A model generated the notes under the pieces. That model ran no database searches, was not told where the DNA came from, and saw only the letters and a program-made list of their open reading frames with translations. The translations under genes were made by a program, and so were the position numbers. Positions 16,528 to 26,348 of a stretch of 64,000 nucleotides of DNA are shown in pieces. This DNA is from Acidobacteriota bacterium (lineage in GTDB: Bacteria; Acidobacteriota; UBA6911; JACQSX01), in contig DASXQR010000097.1 of assembly GCA_036507075.1 (NCBI GenBank), positions 1 through 64,000 of the forward strand, read 5' to 3'. Every line of letters starts with the position of its first letter. Position 1 is the first letter of the stretch.

Positions 16528-16789
16528 GAGAGGCTATCCACGACGGGCGACAGGCGAGGTCGCGCGAATGAATTTTTTAGTGGATTAGCGAAGCGGTGTC
16601 TCGCGAAACAAACCTTATGAAACCCCTGACGGGGTTTTCTATCGTTGTGGGGAAGGGGACCCAGGGCGTCGCGCCAAAAACGCGCTCTGCCCCAGGCTAT
16701 CCTATTCGACCCCTCCGCGGTCCCTAGCGCGGCTCCGCCGCGCTCATCTCCGTGTTAAATAACAACACAGACCACGGAGAGGGCAAAGA

Positions 16790-17845
16790 TCAGCGCTCGA
16801 CATTTTTGCGGGCGTAAGACCGCCCTCCCGCGGCACGTTCGACCGGGCGGCTCGGTTTTTTTGCCGGAGGGGTCCGATAGAGCGAGGCTGCCAGGAGACA
16901 TTGCTCCGAGACAAGATTTCGCAGCGATGCCGGCTCAAGCACCTGCGCCTGTGCGCCGAAACTCAAGATCCATTTCTGGAGATCGACCCCGGGATGGACA
17001 TGCATCGTGAGCTCAACACCCAAAGGTCTAACCGTCAGGGTCTGTGAGGGATGCCACTGGTGCTCACTGACCAGAACTGCGGCCTTGCCGGTAAACCGAA
17101 TTCGCACCTGCTCTGGTTCACCCTGCCAGATTTCAAAACTCGCTTCGAACGCAGCCTGAGGCGATGTCCCCGCGGGCACAAAAGTTTGATCCGTGGCACG
17201 CAAGTCGCGAATGCGGCTGATGTGGAAGGTCCGCATTCCTCGCCGCTCGTGACAGAACCCCCAGATGTACAGATTCGGATGGGCCGTGATAATCGCATAA
17301 GGGTCGACAAGCCTCCGTCGAACTTCGCCGGTGTTGAGGGCCTGGTAGACAATTTCAGTCGTTTTGTGATTTATGATCGCGTCACCGACCTGCTCATCAA
17401 TATAGCGGGGACTGAGCGCCGGGTGAATGTTTCTTGGTCCGGTAATAAGGATTGCAGCCTCTGCCTGCTGCAGAAAGTCACGCTTCTTGTCGGTCAGCCC
17501 CGCGAACATTTTTCCGCACAGCGATCGCAGGGCTGCGGCTCCAGGGAGCTGCTGCTGCTGCGCAGTGATGTTTGCAGAATGGAGCGCCATCAACTCATGT
17601 GCGTCCAAAGGCATCGGCAGCGAGGTGCGACCGTCAAGAAACCATACCACCTGCTTGCCGCGCATTTCGGAGTAAATCTGAAACCCGGCATCTTCCAGTG
17701 CAATGACATCACGTTGGATCGTCCGCAACGCGGGGACGACGTCCGGTTCAAGGGTTTGCATTAGATCGGAGTACGTCGCTCCGTAACGCAATTCAGCCAA
17801 GCGACGCAGAATCTTCCATTGTCGGATTAGCTGCCGATTTCGCAC
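16790..17845 (-). CDS. HTH-WYL-WCX transcriptional regulator
   Basis: N-terminal wHTH 'RTIQRDVIALEDAGF', WYL 'RLVDPY...LYIWGFCHERRGMRTFHISRI', C-terminal 'WILSFGAQAQVLEPASLR'. Confidence 0.92.
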   Translation of the reverse strand: MRNRQLIRQWKILRRLAELRYGATYSDLMQTLEPDVVPALRTIQRDVIALEDAGFQIYSEMRGKQVVWFLDGRTSLPMPLDAHELMALHSANITAQQQQLPGAAALRSLCGKMFAGLTDKKRDFLQQAEAAILITGPRNIHPALSPRYIDEQVGDAIINHKTTEIVYQALNTGEVRRRLVDPYAIITAHPNLYIWGFCHERRGMRTFHISRIRDLRATDQTFVPAGTSPQAAFEASFEIWQGEPEQVRIRFTGKAAVLVSEHQWHPSQTLTVRPLGVELTMHVHPGVDLQKWILSFGAQAQVLEPASLRNLVSEQCLLAASLYRTPPAKKPSRPVERAAGGRSYARKNVER

Positions 17846-18085
17846 GGGCTACTCCCTTCTGGTGCGGCCATTGACGGTTTACCGCTCACTGTTACGTTAT
17901 AAGAGAGACTGGATTGTAACGTTCGCCAGGGAAGAATTCAATGCAACGGAAACTGCGCTTTCCTCTGGAAATCATTCATTCCCAAATTGAAACCATCCGG
18001 TTGGTAAAGCTCAGCCACGACGTGGGCCGGTAAGAATCTCCTGCCAAAACAGAAGGCCCATTTGTCAGGCCGCCAAGATGCTGGC

Positions 18086-18355
18086 ACACTCGTGCTGTAT
18101 GAGTGGTTGCGAGGCCCTTGGCTCGAAGAGGAGCTGCTGGATCAGCAGGGCCTTTTCCCTGACGAATCAATTACACCCTTTGGCCGAGAGGAAGCTGCCA
18201 TCGCCGCAGGACTGCACCGACGCATTCGGCGCCCGCGGGGACGTGAACTTGACGTTGCAATCGCGGCTTGTGCAATTGCACAGAACGCTGTGCTGTGGAC
18301 GCTGAATGTGCGGGATTTCGAAGACATCCCGGGACTACAAGGTGTCGAAACCTGA
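18086..18355 (+). pseudogene. 5'-truncated VapC/PIN toxin
   Basis: 'VLYEWLRGP...DVAIAACAI...LWTLNVRDFEDIPGL'; the N-terminal catalytic D(T/S) strand is missing and no antitoxin is seen. Confidence 0.7.
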
Positions 18356-18643
18356 GTAGAGCACCTTGTCGAGTCGTGTCACGTCCGCTCCAGGCACCAT
18401 CTCCAGACCCACCACCCTGCTCGCCGCAACCTGACGGATGCGGTACTGCGGTCAGTTCGACTCCACGGCCGCGCCATTATCGTCTTCAGATTGCGCCTGT
18501 ATCTCCGACTTAACTGCCCTGCTGTTGAATTTGCGAAACAATTTGCAATTCGGGCAGAAAATATTTTCGCAGATTTCGCTCCTGGTCAGTTTAGTAGGGT
18601 GTACTGAAATCCTGGGAAAGGAGAGTAGAAGGAGAAACTAATC

Positions 18644-19270
18644 ATGGCGAAATCAAAACACAACAAAGATGATGAATACGCGGCGCAGCAGGGCAGGATT
18701 GAGGAGCTCAGGCACAAAGTGGAAGGGTTGGGGGGATACTGCGGCTTTACGTCCGAGGCGTGTCCTCCGGACATCGAAGAACAGTTCCTGAAGAACGTCC
18801 TAGCATATGAGACAGCGCAAGAGCAGTCGCTCTTTGATATGCTGACCAGATCGAGCATCTTGCTGCCCCGGCCAGACGACCTGAACGATGCCCAACTGAC
18901 GGAAAAACTCTGGGAGGTGATCCGCGCGCTGGCTTTGCTGCACGTGTATCTTGAATGCACGGACCATCTCAGCGACCGGGAACTTTACACCGATCTCTGG
19001 ATGGACCTGCTGCGCGAGCCGATTGTGATTTTTACGGACGATTCCACCTTCGAATACCATCTCGATATTGTTAGCAGCGGGAGCGAAGAAGACATTAGTC
19101 TCTGGCTGAAATACTACGCCGACAAAAGAACGCGGAAACGCTGGGCCAAAGAATGGGGTAGTGCCCAAGTCCCGCCGCCCCGGCGGCCGCCCTATGACAG
19201 GGATCGCTTGCTGCCAAAGCCAGAGACGCACGGAGGACCCGAATCGCAGACTATTAATCGGCGACAGTGA
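18644..19270 (+). CDS. hypothetical acidic protein
   Basis: 208-aa ORF with AGGAG RBS and 'TDHLSDRELY' motif. Confidence 0.8.
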   Translation: MAKSKHNKDDEYAAQQGRIEELRHKVEGLGGYCGFTSEACPPDIEEQFLKNVLAYETAQEQSLFDMLTRSSILLPRPDDLNDAQLTEKLWEVIRALALLHVYLECTDHLSDRELYTDLWMDLLREPIVIFTDDSTFEYHLDIVSSGSEEDISLWLKYYADKRTRKRWAKEWGSAQVPPPRRPPYDRDRLLPKPETHGGPESQTINRRQ

Positions 19271-19349
19271 CGACAAGCAACAAACTTGTGACAGATTTTG
19301 CATCAGGCCCGGCATAAGGCAACGTCAGGCCGGCACCACGGGGAATTCC

Positions 19350-20453
19350 ATGGGCGTAGGTTTACGGAGCTTTAGAGGTCGGGCACGCATCTGGCTGTGG
19401 GGCGTGATTTGGGCTTTTGTGTTCACGAAGTCAACGCTCGCTCATAACGTGCCGTTCAGCTATCTCGATCTGCGTCTGGGGGCGGGCGGGATCGAAGGCA
19501 CGCTGGTGGCGCATTCGGTCGACCTCTCCTATGACCTCGCGTGGGTTACGCCCGACGAATTGATGGATCGCTCGACGGCGGAGAAGTGGCGCGGTGAAAT
19601 GGAAAAGCTGATCCGCTCGCGGCTGGTTGTCGGGGGTGAGGGTAAAGAGCTGCAGATCGAAATCGGGAACATGGATGTTCTGCAAGAACGGCAGGCGTTG
19701 CAGTTCCACTTGAGATTCCCCTGGCGAAAGGTCCCCGGCACGATCGGCCTGCGCTGCATGCTCTTTCCTTACGATCCGCAGCATCAGACATTCGTCAACA
19801 TCTACGAACGGGGACGCCTGGCGCATCAGGAGATCCTAAGCAAGGCGCGTCCGGAGCTCATGTACTACACGGGAAGCACGCAGGGGCACTTCGCGGTTTT
19901 GAAAAAGTTTATCCCTGCCGGCATCGAGCACATCCTGATCGGCCCCGACCACGTTCTTTTCATTGTGGGACTGCTTCTGCTGGGCGGCGGAATATGGCGG
20001 CTTCTGAAGATCGTCACCGCCTTCACCCTGGCGCACAGCATCACGCTTTCGCTGGCGGCACTAGACATTGTCAGCCCGCCGGCGCGGCTGATCGAGCCGG
20101 CCATTGCGCTGAGCATCGTCTACGTCGGCCTCGATAATCTCCTGATCGGCAGGGAAGGGCGAGACGCGCGCGCCTGGATTGCGTTCTTTTTCGGGTTCAT
20201 TCACGGCTTCGGCTTTGCCAATGTGCTGCGCGAGTTCGGGCTGCCTCGGCAGGCGCTGGGCTGGTCACTGTTCTCTTTTAATTTTGGAGTTGAAATCGGA
20301 CAGGCGCTTATCGTGGTGATGGTAGCTTTGATCCTGAATGTCATTCGAAGTCGCAGCCACAGGCTTGCGCGACAAATTGTTTTTGCGGGCTCGGCAGGAG
20401 TGATGCTGGCGGGGGCGTACTGGTTTGTGCAGCGAGTGTTTTTTGGGGGATGA
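19350..20453 (+). CDS. HupE/UreJ-family membrane protein
   Basis: 'GIEHILIGPDHVLF', 'TAFTLAHSITL', 'FGFIHGFGFA' and 'FNFGVEIGQ'. Confidence 0.9.
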   Translation: MGVGLRSFRGRARIWLWGVIWAFVFTKSTLAHNVPFSYLDLRLGAGGIEGTLVAHSVDLSYDLAWVTPDELMDRSTAEKWRGEMEKLIRSRLVVGGEGKELQIEIGNMDVLQERQALQFHLRFPWRKVPGTIGLRCMLFPYDPQHQTFVNIYERGRLAHQEILSKARPELMYYTGSTQGHFAVLKKFIPAGIEHILIGPDHVLFIVGLLLLGGGIWRLLKIVTAFTLAHSITLSLAALDIVSPPARLIEPAIALSIVYVGLDNLLIGREGRDARAWIAFFFGFIHGFGFANVLREFGLPRQALGWSLFSFNFGVEIGQALIVVMVALILNVIRSRSHRLARQIVFAGSAGVMLAGAYWFVQRVFFGG

Positions 20454-20552
20454 AAGAATCCAACCAAAAAGACACAGCCCGGCAAAGCCGCAACCAAGAA
20501 TAGGATGTTCCCGCTTGGCAGCCTGATCGTCATAGGCTGATGTGGAAAGTCA

Positions 20553-20658
20553 CATTCCTTCACCGCAGAGGCGCAGAGAACGCAGAGACTGCGCAGAGAC
20601 ATGCAAACGAAACTGTGCGCATTCTCTGCGTCCTCTGTGCCTCTGCGGTGAAGGAATG
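20553..20658. repeat. palindromic REP/MITE-like element (CACCGCAGAG family); second copy at 54663..54755
   Basis: CATTCCTTCACCGCAGAG...CTCTGCGGTGAAGGAATG with 9-nt sub-repeats. Confidence 0.85.
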
Positions 20659-20669
20659 CAGGTGCCAGA

Positions 20670-20892
20670 CAAAACATGCGATGTCCAGGTGTTCCCAGAA
20701 AGTCTTGTTCCAGCCGGGACGCCTGCCGGTAATCGCGCCGAGCGCGGCCCCGCCAGCAACGACATGGTCGTACTTGTCGCGCAGACCTCGACCCGACATA
20801 TAGCGCTCGATATCATCCATTAAACGGAAATCCATGCAACTCAACAACAGCGCGTCGGCCTTGCCTGCCGCCTGGGTGACGCCACCGGCCAT
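20670..20892 (-). pseudogene. fragment of a beta-carbonic-anhydrase-like gene
   Basis: 'ALLLSCMDFRL...YDHVVAGGAALG...TFWEHLDIA'; the downstream HxxC ligands are missing and the frame runs into a repeat. Confidence 0.65.
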
Positions 20893-20934
20893 GCACCGCG
20901 ACCGGACGCGAGTGCTGGGCCAGGATGTGGCTCA

Positions 20935-21055
20935 GACAGGGACTGAGGGACTGAGAGACTGAGGGACTGAGAGACTGATTCCGTTCCCTCCGTCCCTCCA
21001 TCTCTCCATCTCTCCATCTCTCCATCTCTCCATCTCCCAGTCTCTCAGTCCCTCA
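20935..21055. repeat. palindromic element with 8-nt tandem units (GACTGAGG / CCATCTCT); related copy at 62492..62697
   Basis: Visible tandem 8-mers forming inverted arms. Confidence 0.85.
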
Positions 21056-21118
21056 ATCATTAATTTGGGTCTGTGCCCCACTTAAACGGATAATAGGTTC
21101 ATTTGTCTGGGAGGGTGA

Positions 21119-24100
21119 ATGGATAGGAAGCAAAGAACTGGGCGAAGCGGTAATTTTTTTCGGAAGCAGAGAATCCCGGGTTTGAGATGCACGCGACTCC
21201 ATGTGCTGGTTGCAGTCGTTCTCTGTTCGATCTTCAGCGCTGGAGTACTGGCCCAAACTGCGACGGGCCGAATCGTGGGGACCGTTCAGGATTCGAGCGG
21301 AGCGGTTATTCCCGGCGTGACGGTTACCGCGCTCAATGAAAGTACCACTGTCAGCTTTACCACACTCTCCAGTGAAACCGGCCAGTACGTTTTCGAAGCA
21401 TTGCCGCCGGGTCTTTACACCGTATCGGCTGAGCTGTCAGGCTTTAAGAAATACCTCACAGCCAAGAATGTCATAACCGCCAACGATACGGTCACCATTA
21501 ATATCCCACTGCAGCCGGGAGAGATTTCCCAGTCGGTACAGGTGGAATCGACTTACGAGAAAGTGCAAACCAGCCAGTCGGGCAATATCGGCACTATCGT
21601 GACCGAGCGAACACTGCAGACATTTCCCATCGCCGCCAGAAATCCGTTGAATCTGATCGCAATCCAGCCGGGGGTGGCCAGCGGCGCCAATACGGGCGGC
21701 GGAACGCATGTGTTTGGCGCGCGCGACCGCGCGATCAATATCACGCTGGATGGAATCGACATCAATGAAACTTCCAACGGCAGCGCCACTTTTTCGCCAG
21801 TGCGCACCAATCCCGATTCGCTGCGCGAATACCGCGTCATCACCTCCAATCCATCGGCCGAATTCGGCAGAAACAGCGGGGCTCAGGTGGCAATGATCAC
21901 CAAATCAGGAAGCAATCAGTTCCATGGCAATATTTTCGAATTCCACCGCAATCGCGTTCTGAACGCCAACGAGTGGGAACTGAACCGCCAGGGAACTCCG
22001 CGGCGATTTCTGCTGCGCAACCAATTTGGAGGAAGTTTTGGCGGCCCTCTCATACTGCCGGGGCTTTACAACGGGAAGAGCCGCACATTCTTTTTCTTCA
22101 ACACACAGATCCAGCGCCAGATCCAGACCCTAGAGCAGGTCAATACCGTCTATACCGAAACGGCGCGCGCGGGAATTTACAGATATGTTGTCAATAACGG
22201 GCCGGCGATCCGCAATCAGCCGTTTGGTGTGCCCGGCGCCTCAGTGGATGCCCAGGGGAATCCCGTTCCGGGTCTTGCGATCGGTACTTATAACGTCGCG
22301 GCAAATGATCCGCGTGGAATGCCGCTCGATCCCACCGTCAAATCCATAATCGCTCTCACGCCGCTGCCCAACCGGTTTGACCGGGGAGATGGCTTGAACA
22401 CAGCCGGGTACAGCTCACTGGCTCGGCGCACCGACCCTCAGCGCGACTTTGTCGCGCGCATTGATCACACGATCAACGAGAATCAAAGCATTTTCGGACG
22501 CTATTACTGGGGCCGGCAGGACACCGTCGGCGACACGACCAATTCAGGCGCCGCCCGCTTCCCCGGACTTCCGCCAATTGTCTCTACGTTCCGCACGCCG
22601 CGAAATCTGGCCGTGGGATGGCGCTCCACTCTCAGCTCAAGAACCGTCAACGAGCTGATCCTGGGTGGGAATCATTTCGGGTTTGATTTTGCGATCCCAT
22701 CGAATCAAGATCCTCGAACTACTCCCATCATCACCGTTTTGCCTACAGATCCGCTTTCTAATTCATTTGGGAATAAGCGCACCATCAACACATTTCAGAT
22801 CCTGGATAATATCAGCCACCTGCGCGGAGCTCACACTTTCAGATTTGGCGTAAACTTCCGCCTGCAGCAACATTGGGATGTGCGCGGAACGGTAGCCGGT
22901 ATAGACGCAAATCCGGAATACCGGCTGGGGGGAGCGGTTGATCCAACGACTTTCAAACTGCCGGCGCCTTGCAGCACTACGGTCACTACCAACTGTATTA
23001 ACAATTCCAATGACCGTCCCCGCCTGCAGAGTTTTATCAACGACATGCTGGGAAAACTCAACCAGGTGCGCGTCGGTCTGGTGGACATTGGAGGCCAGTA
23101 TGGCCCGCCGGGAACCGCGTTCACTTTTGACGCCTGGTATCCGGAATACGACTTCTACTTTCAGGATGATTGGAAAGCGCGGCCGAATCTGACGCTTAAC
23201 TTCGGCCTGCGATGGGAGCCCAAGCCGAAGCCTTACACCCGGGGAACCCGCAAGATCATCATTCCAGACAAACCGTTCACTCTGGGCGCGCCGCCATCTA
23301 CGGATATTACATTTGTGGAAGGCGACCTGTACAAAAGCGACTGGAATAATTTTGGGCCCGCCATAGGCGTTGCCTGGGATCCTTTCGGCAGTGGAAAGAC
23401 CGCGGTACGCGCCAATTACCGCGTGGCATTTGATCGCATCTCAACCTTTACACCTTCATCGGCCGTTTACCCCGCCGTTCCCGGAGCAACCCTTGCGGTG
23501 AGCAACACGGTCATCGGCCAGACCGATTATCGCCTGCGCGACGGCATACCTTCACTGGCGCCGCCCGCCGGTTCCAGCCCGAAGACGCTCGCGAAACCGC
23601 CGGCGCCCAATACGGGACTGGCGCAGGAACTGATCGATCCGGCGTTCCAGACCCCAATCACCTATATGTGGTCTTTCGGTGTTCAGCGTGAAATTGGGTC
23701 CGGTATGGTTGTCGATATCCAATACATCGGCCGCGCCGGGCGCCATCTGATCGGGGGTTACGAGCGAAACCAGGTTGAGATCTTTAAGAACGGTTTTCTG
23801 GAAGCTTTCAAGACGGCGAAGGCCGGAGGCGAGAGCGCTCTACTGGATCAGTTGACCAGCCGCCATCCGAGCCGTACTTCAGGGGAATCCGGCGCCGCGT
23901 TTTTGAGGCGGTTTTTCAGCTCATCGCTGACGAACAATAACGTTGCTTCTCTGGCTGCAGCACTGAACAACACGCTGATCACTGTCAACAGCGTGCTGAA
24001 GCATCTGCCGGACGCGAACGGCCTCGGACCTTTCTTCTTTAACGATTACCCACAGTTTCTCGGCGGCTTTGTAGTGATGGACAGTAACTCATTCTCCAAT

Positions 24101-24871
24101 TACCACGCCGGCGTTTTTCAGCTCCAGCGCCGCTTTCAGGCCGGATATGAATTTGGCCTGAGCTACACTTTTTCGAAGTCCCTGGATGACAAATCCTACG
24201 ACCCAACGATCACCCGCATCAGCGGAGGCACGGGACAATCCGCCCAGAGCACTCCATTGATCCCGGGCAACCGCCGGATCAATTATGGTCTTTCCGACTT
24301 TGATCGAACCCATGTTTTGCAGGGAGGCGGTTTGTTCGAACTTCCCTTTGGACGGGGCAAGCGATTTGGCTCCCATTCGAGCGGTGTGGTGGCGCCCCTG
24401 ATAGGCGGATGGACCGCAACGGCAAGCGTTGTCTATGAAAGCGGTCGGCCCATTACTCCCATATCCGGTACCAACTCTTTCAGCAATAAGAACGTATCGC
24501 GCGCGAATTATTCAGGAGCGAACTTCAGCCCTCGTTATCATGACGATCCGGCAGGGTTGCCCTTCCTGTTCACACCGGAAGAACGCGGCCGGTTTTCTCT
24601 CCCGGCACCAGGAGAATACGGGAACATCGGACGCAACTCCTTCCGGCTTCCTTCTCTGTTCAATCTGGATGCTTCTCTGATCAAGAAAATTGCCATCAGC
24701 GAGGCAATGAACGCTGAATTACGGGCGGAAGTTTTCAATTTGACGAATACCCCCTATTACGGGTTCCCATCGGCCGGTGTGAGTGTTCTAAGCGGCTCGA
24801 CGTTTTCCAGCAATACAGGGTCGGAATCGTCGGCGCGGGTCATTCAGGTTGCGTTTAAGTTCAGCTTTTGA
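21119..24871 (+). CDS. TonB-dependent receptor-like outer-membrane protein with carboxypeptidase-regulatory-like N-domain (Oar type); start uncertain
   Basis: 'GRIVGTVQDSSGAVIPGVTVT', 'TKSGSNQFHG', 'QDDWK..PNLTLNFGLRWE' and C-terminal 'RVIQVAFKFSF'. Confidence 0.92.
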   Translation: MDRKQRTGRSGNFFRKQRIPGLRCTRLHVLVAVVLCSIFSAGVLAQTATGRIVGTVQDSSGAVIPGVTVTALNESTTVSFTTLSSETGQYVFEALPPGLYTVSAELSGFKKYLTAKNVITANDTVTINIPLQPGEISQSVQVESTYEKVQTSQSGNIGTIVTERTLQTFPIAARNPLNLIAIQPGVASGANTGGGTHVFGARDRAINITLDGIDINETSNGSATFSPVRTNPDSLREYRVITSNPSAEFGRNSGAQVAMITKSGSNQFHGNIFEFHRNRVLNANEWELNRQGTPRRFLLRNQFGGSFGGPLILPGLYNGKSRTFFFFNTQIQRQIQTLEQVNTVYTETARAGIYRYVVNNGPAIRNQPFGVPGASVDAQGNPVPGLAIGTYNVAANDPRGMPLDPTVKSIIALTPLPNRFDRGDGLNTAGYSSLARRTDPQRDFVARIDHTINENQSIFGRYYWGRQDTVGDTTNSGAARFPGLPPIVSTFRTPRNLAVGWRSTLSSRTVNELILGGNHFGFDFAIPSNQDPRTTPIITVLPTDPLSNSFGNKRTINTFQILDNISHLRGAHTFRFGVNFRLQQHWDVRGTVAGIDANPEYRLGGAVDPTTFKLPAPCSTTVTTNCINNSNDRPRLQSFINDMLGKLNQVRVGLVDIGGQYGPPGTAFTFDAWYPEYDFYFQDDWKARPNLTLNFGLRWEPKPKPYTRGTRKIIIPDKPFTLGAPPSTDITFVEGDLYKSDWNNFGPAIGVAWDPFGSGKTAVRANYRVAFDRISTFTPSSAVYPAVPGATLAVSNTVIGQTDYRLRDGIPSLAPPAGSSPKTLAKPPAPNTGLAQELIDPAFQTPITYMWSFGVQREIGSGMVVDIQYIGRAGRHLIGGYERNQVEIFKNGFLEAFKTAKAGGESALLDQLTSRHPSRTSGESGAAFLRRFFSSSLTNNNVASLAAALNNTLITVNSVLKHLPDANGLGPFFFNDYPQFLGGFVVMDSNSFSNYHAGVFQLQRRFQAGYEFGLSYTFSKSLDDKSYDPTITRISGGTGQSAQSTPLIPGNRRINYGLSDFDRTHVLQGGGLFELPFGRGKRFGSHSSGVVAPLIGGWTATASVVYESGRPITPISGTNSFSNKNVSRANYSGANFSPRYHDDPAGLPFLFTPEERGRFSLPAPGEYGNIGRNSFRLPSLFNLDASLIKKIAISEAMNAELRAEVFNLTNTPYYGFPSAGVSVLSGSTFSSNTGSESSARVIQVAFKFSF

Positions 24872-25008
24872 GGACTCCTCACGGAATCCTTCGTCATGTA
24901 AGTCCGAAAGCTTTGTGCCTTGGTGGCTAAAAAAATTGAACCACCAAGACACCAAGCCAGCCTTTTAACCTGCGAGCCGAACACAACTACAGGAGATGCC
25001 GGCGGAAT

Positions 25009-26343
25009 TCAAAGCCGGTGCGGGGGCAGGAAACAGGTGACCATCAGCCCGCCGCCCTCGCGGTTCTGGATTCGGATATGGCCGCCGTGGGCCTCCAGGA
25101 TTTCGCGGCAGAGCGGAAGCCCCAGTCCCGTGCCGGCCTGCTTGGTGGAATAAAACGGCAGCAGCGATTGCTTAAGCACTTCTTCTTCCATTCCTTTGCC
25201 GCGATCCATGACCAGGATGCGGCTGCCAAATTCCGCGCTGGAATCAATGCGCACTTTGACATGATCGGAACCATTGCTTGCCTCAATCGCGTTCTTCAGC
25301 AGATTGATCAAAACCTGCTGAATTTGAGATGGATCGAAGAAGCCGTCCTCTCTGGGAAGCTCTCCCTCAAGCTCAAACGGATACAATTCTGTGACGAGCG
25401 CCAGGAATTCGGGCCATGACACTCGCTGCTTTCGGGGCTTGGGAAGCCTGGCAAAGCGCGCATAACCTTCAAGGAAGGATTTCAGATAGCCCATGCGCTC
25501 GCCGATTGCGTCGAACACCTGATCAAGACGATGCGCATGTTGCGGCTGATCCTTGATGGTCTTTGCCGAGTGCAGCATCGATGAGATCGGCGCCAAAGAA
25601 TTGTTCAGCTCGTGGCTGATCACCCGGATGACTTTTTTCCACACTTCCACTTCCTGCCGGCTCAACTCGCGAGTCAGCCGGGCAAACATATAAAGGACGT
25701 GCACCTGGGCGTTCAGACGGAAGGGCCGTCTTGAAAGATGAAAGGTCTCCTGCTCTGCTCCGGTCTCCACGGTAAAGAGCGCGTCGTGATCGCTGTCGAT
25801 GATCTCGCGCATGGGCGGCGGGCATCCCTGAAGGATCTCACGGAAGGAATGCCCTTCCGGTTTCCTCCCTCCAAAAAACATCCGGCGCGCAGCGCGGTTG
25901 CTGAAGACGATGCGGTCGCGCACGTTGGTCAGGACTACGGCGGTGGGAGTGCTCTGCAGCACGGTGTCGAGCATCAGCTCGCGCTGCAGAATCGCGCCCC
26001 GCTCTTCGCGCAACAGGTCACCGAGACGATTGTAAAGCGCCAACAACTCTCCCAGTTCATCGTGGCGCGTTTCCGCCAGGCGCATGCTGAAATCGCGGTC
26101 TTTGAAACTACGGATGCCGTCGGCAATCATTCGCAGCGTTCGGTTCACTGGAGAAAGCGAGCGCCGCACCAGAAAAATGCCCAGGCTTAACCCCAGCGCG
26201 AGAGTGGCGGAAAAAACGATCCAGGGTCGCGGAAAAAACCAGGTAATGGCGGCCGCTGCGCCCGACATCAGCGCCACAGCGAGCGCGAACAGAGCCGTTA
26301 TTCTTGCAGCCAGAGAAAAACGGCGCTTAGCCGGTTTTGGCAA
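25009..26343 (-). CDS. HAMP/PAS sensor histidine kinase
   Basis: H box 'SHELNNSLAPI', N box 'INLLKNA', 'DRGKG' and 'GTGLGL'. Confidence 0.92.
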   Translation of the reverse strand: MPKPAKRRFSLAARITALFALAVALMSGAAAAITWFFPRPWIVFSATLALGLSLGIFLVRRSLSPVNRTLRMIADGIRSFKDRDFSMRLAETRHDELGELLALYNRLGDLLREERGAILQRELMLDTVLQSTPTAVVLTNVRDRIVFSNRAARRMFFGGRKPEGHSFREILQGCPPPMREIIDSDHDALFTVETGAEQETFHLSRRPFRLNAQVHVLYMFARLTRELSRQEVEVWKKVIRVISHELNNSLAPISSMLHSAKTIKDQPQHAHRLDQVFDAIGERMGYLKSFLEGYARFARLPKPRKQRVSWPEFLALVTELYPFELEGELPREDGFFDPSQIQQVLINLLKNAIEASNGSDHVKVRIDSSAEFGSRILVMDRGKGMEEEVLKQSLLPFYSTKQAGTGLGLPLCREILEAHGGHIRIQNREGGGLMVTCFLPPHRL

Positions 26344-26348
26344 ACCCT

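Noticed and set aside
1..18400. CAST or prophage interpretation of the island
   Set aside because: No tnsB/tnsC/tniQ, catalytic integrase or phage structural genes were recognised, and Cas3 is intact.
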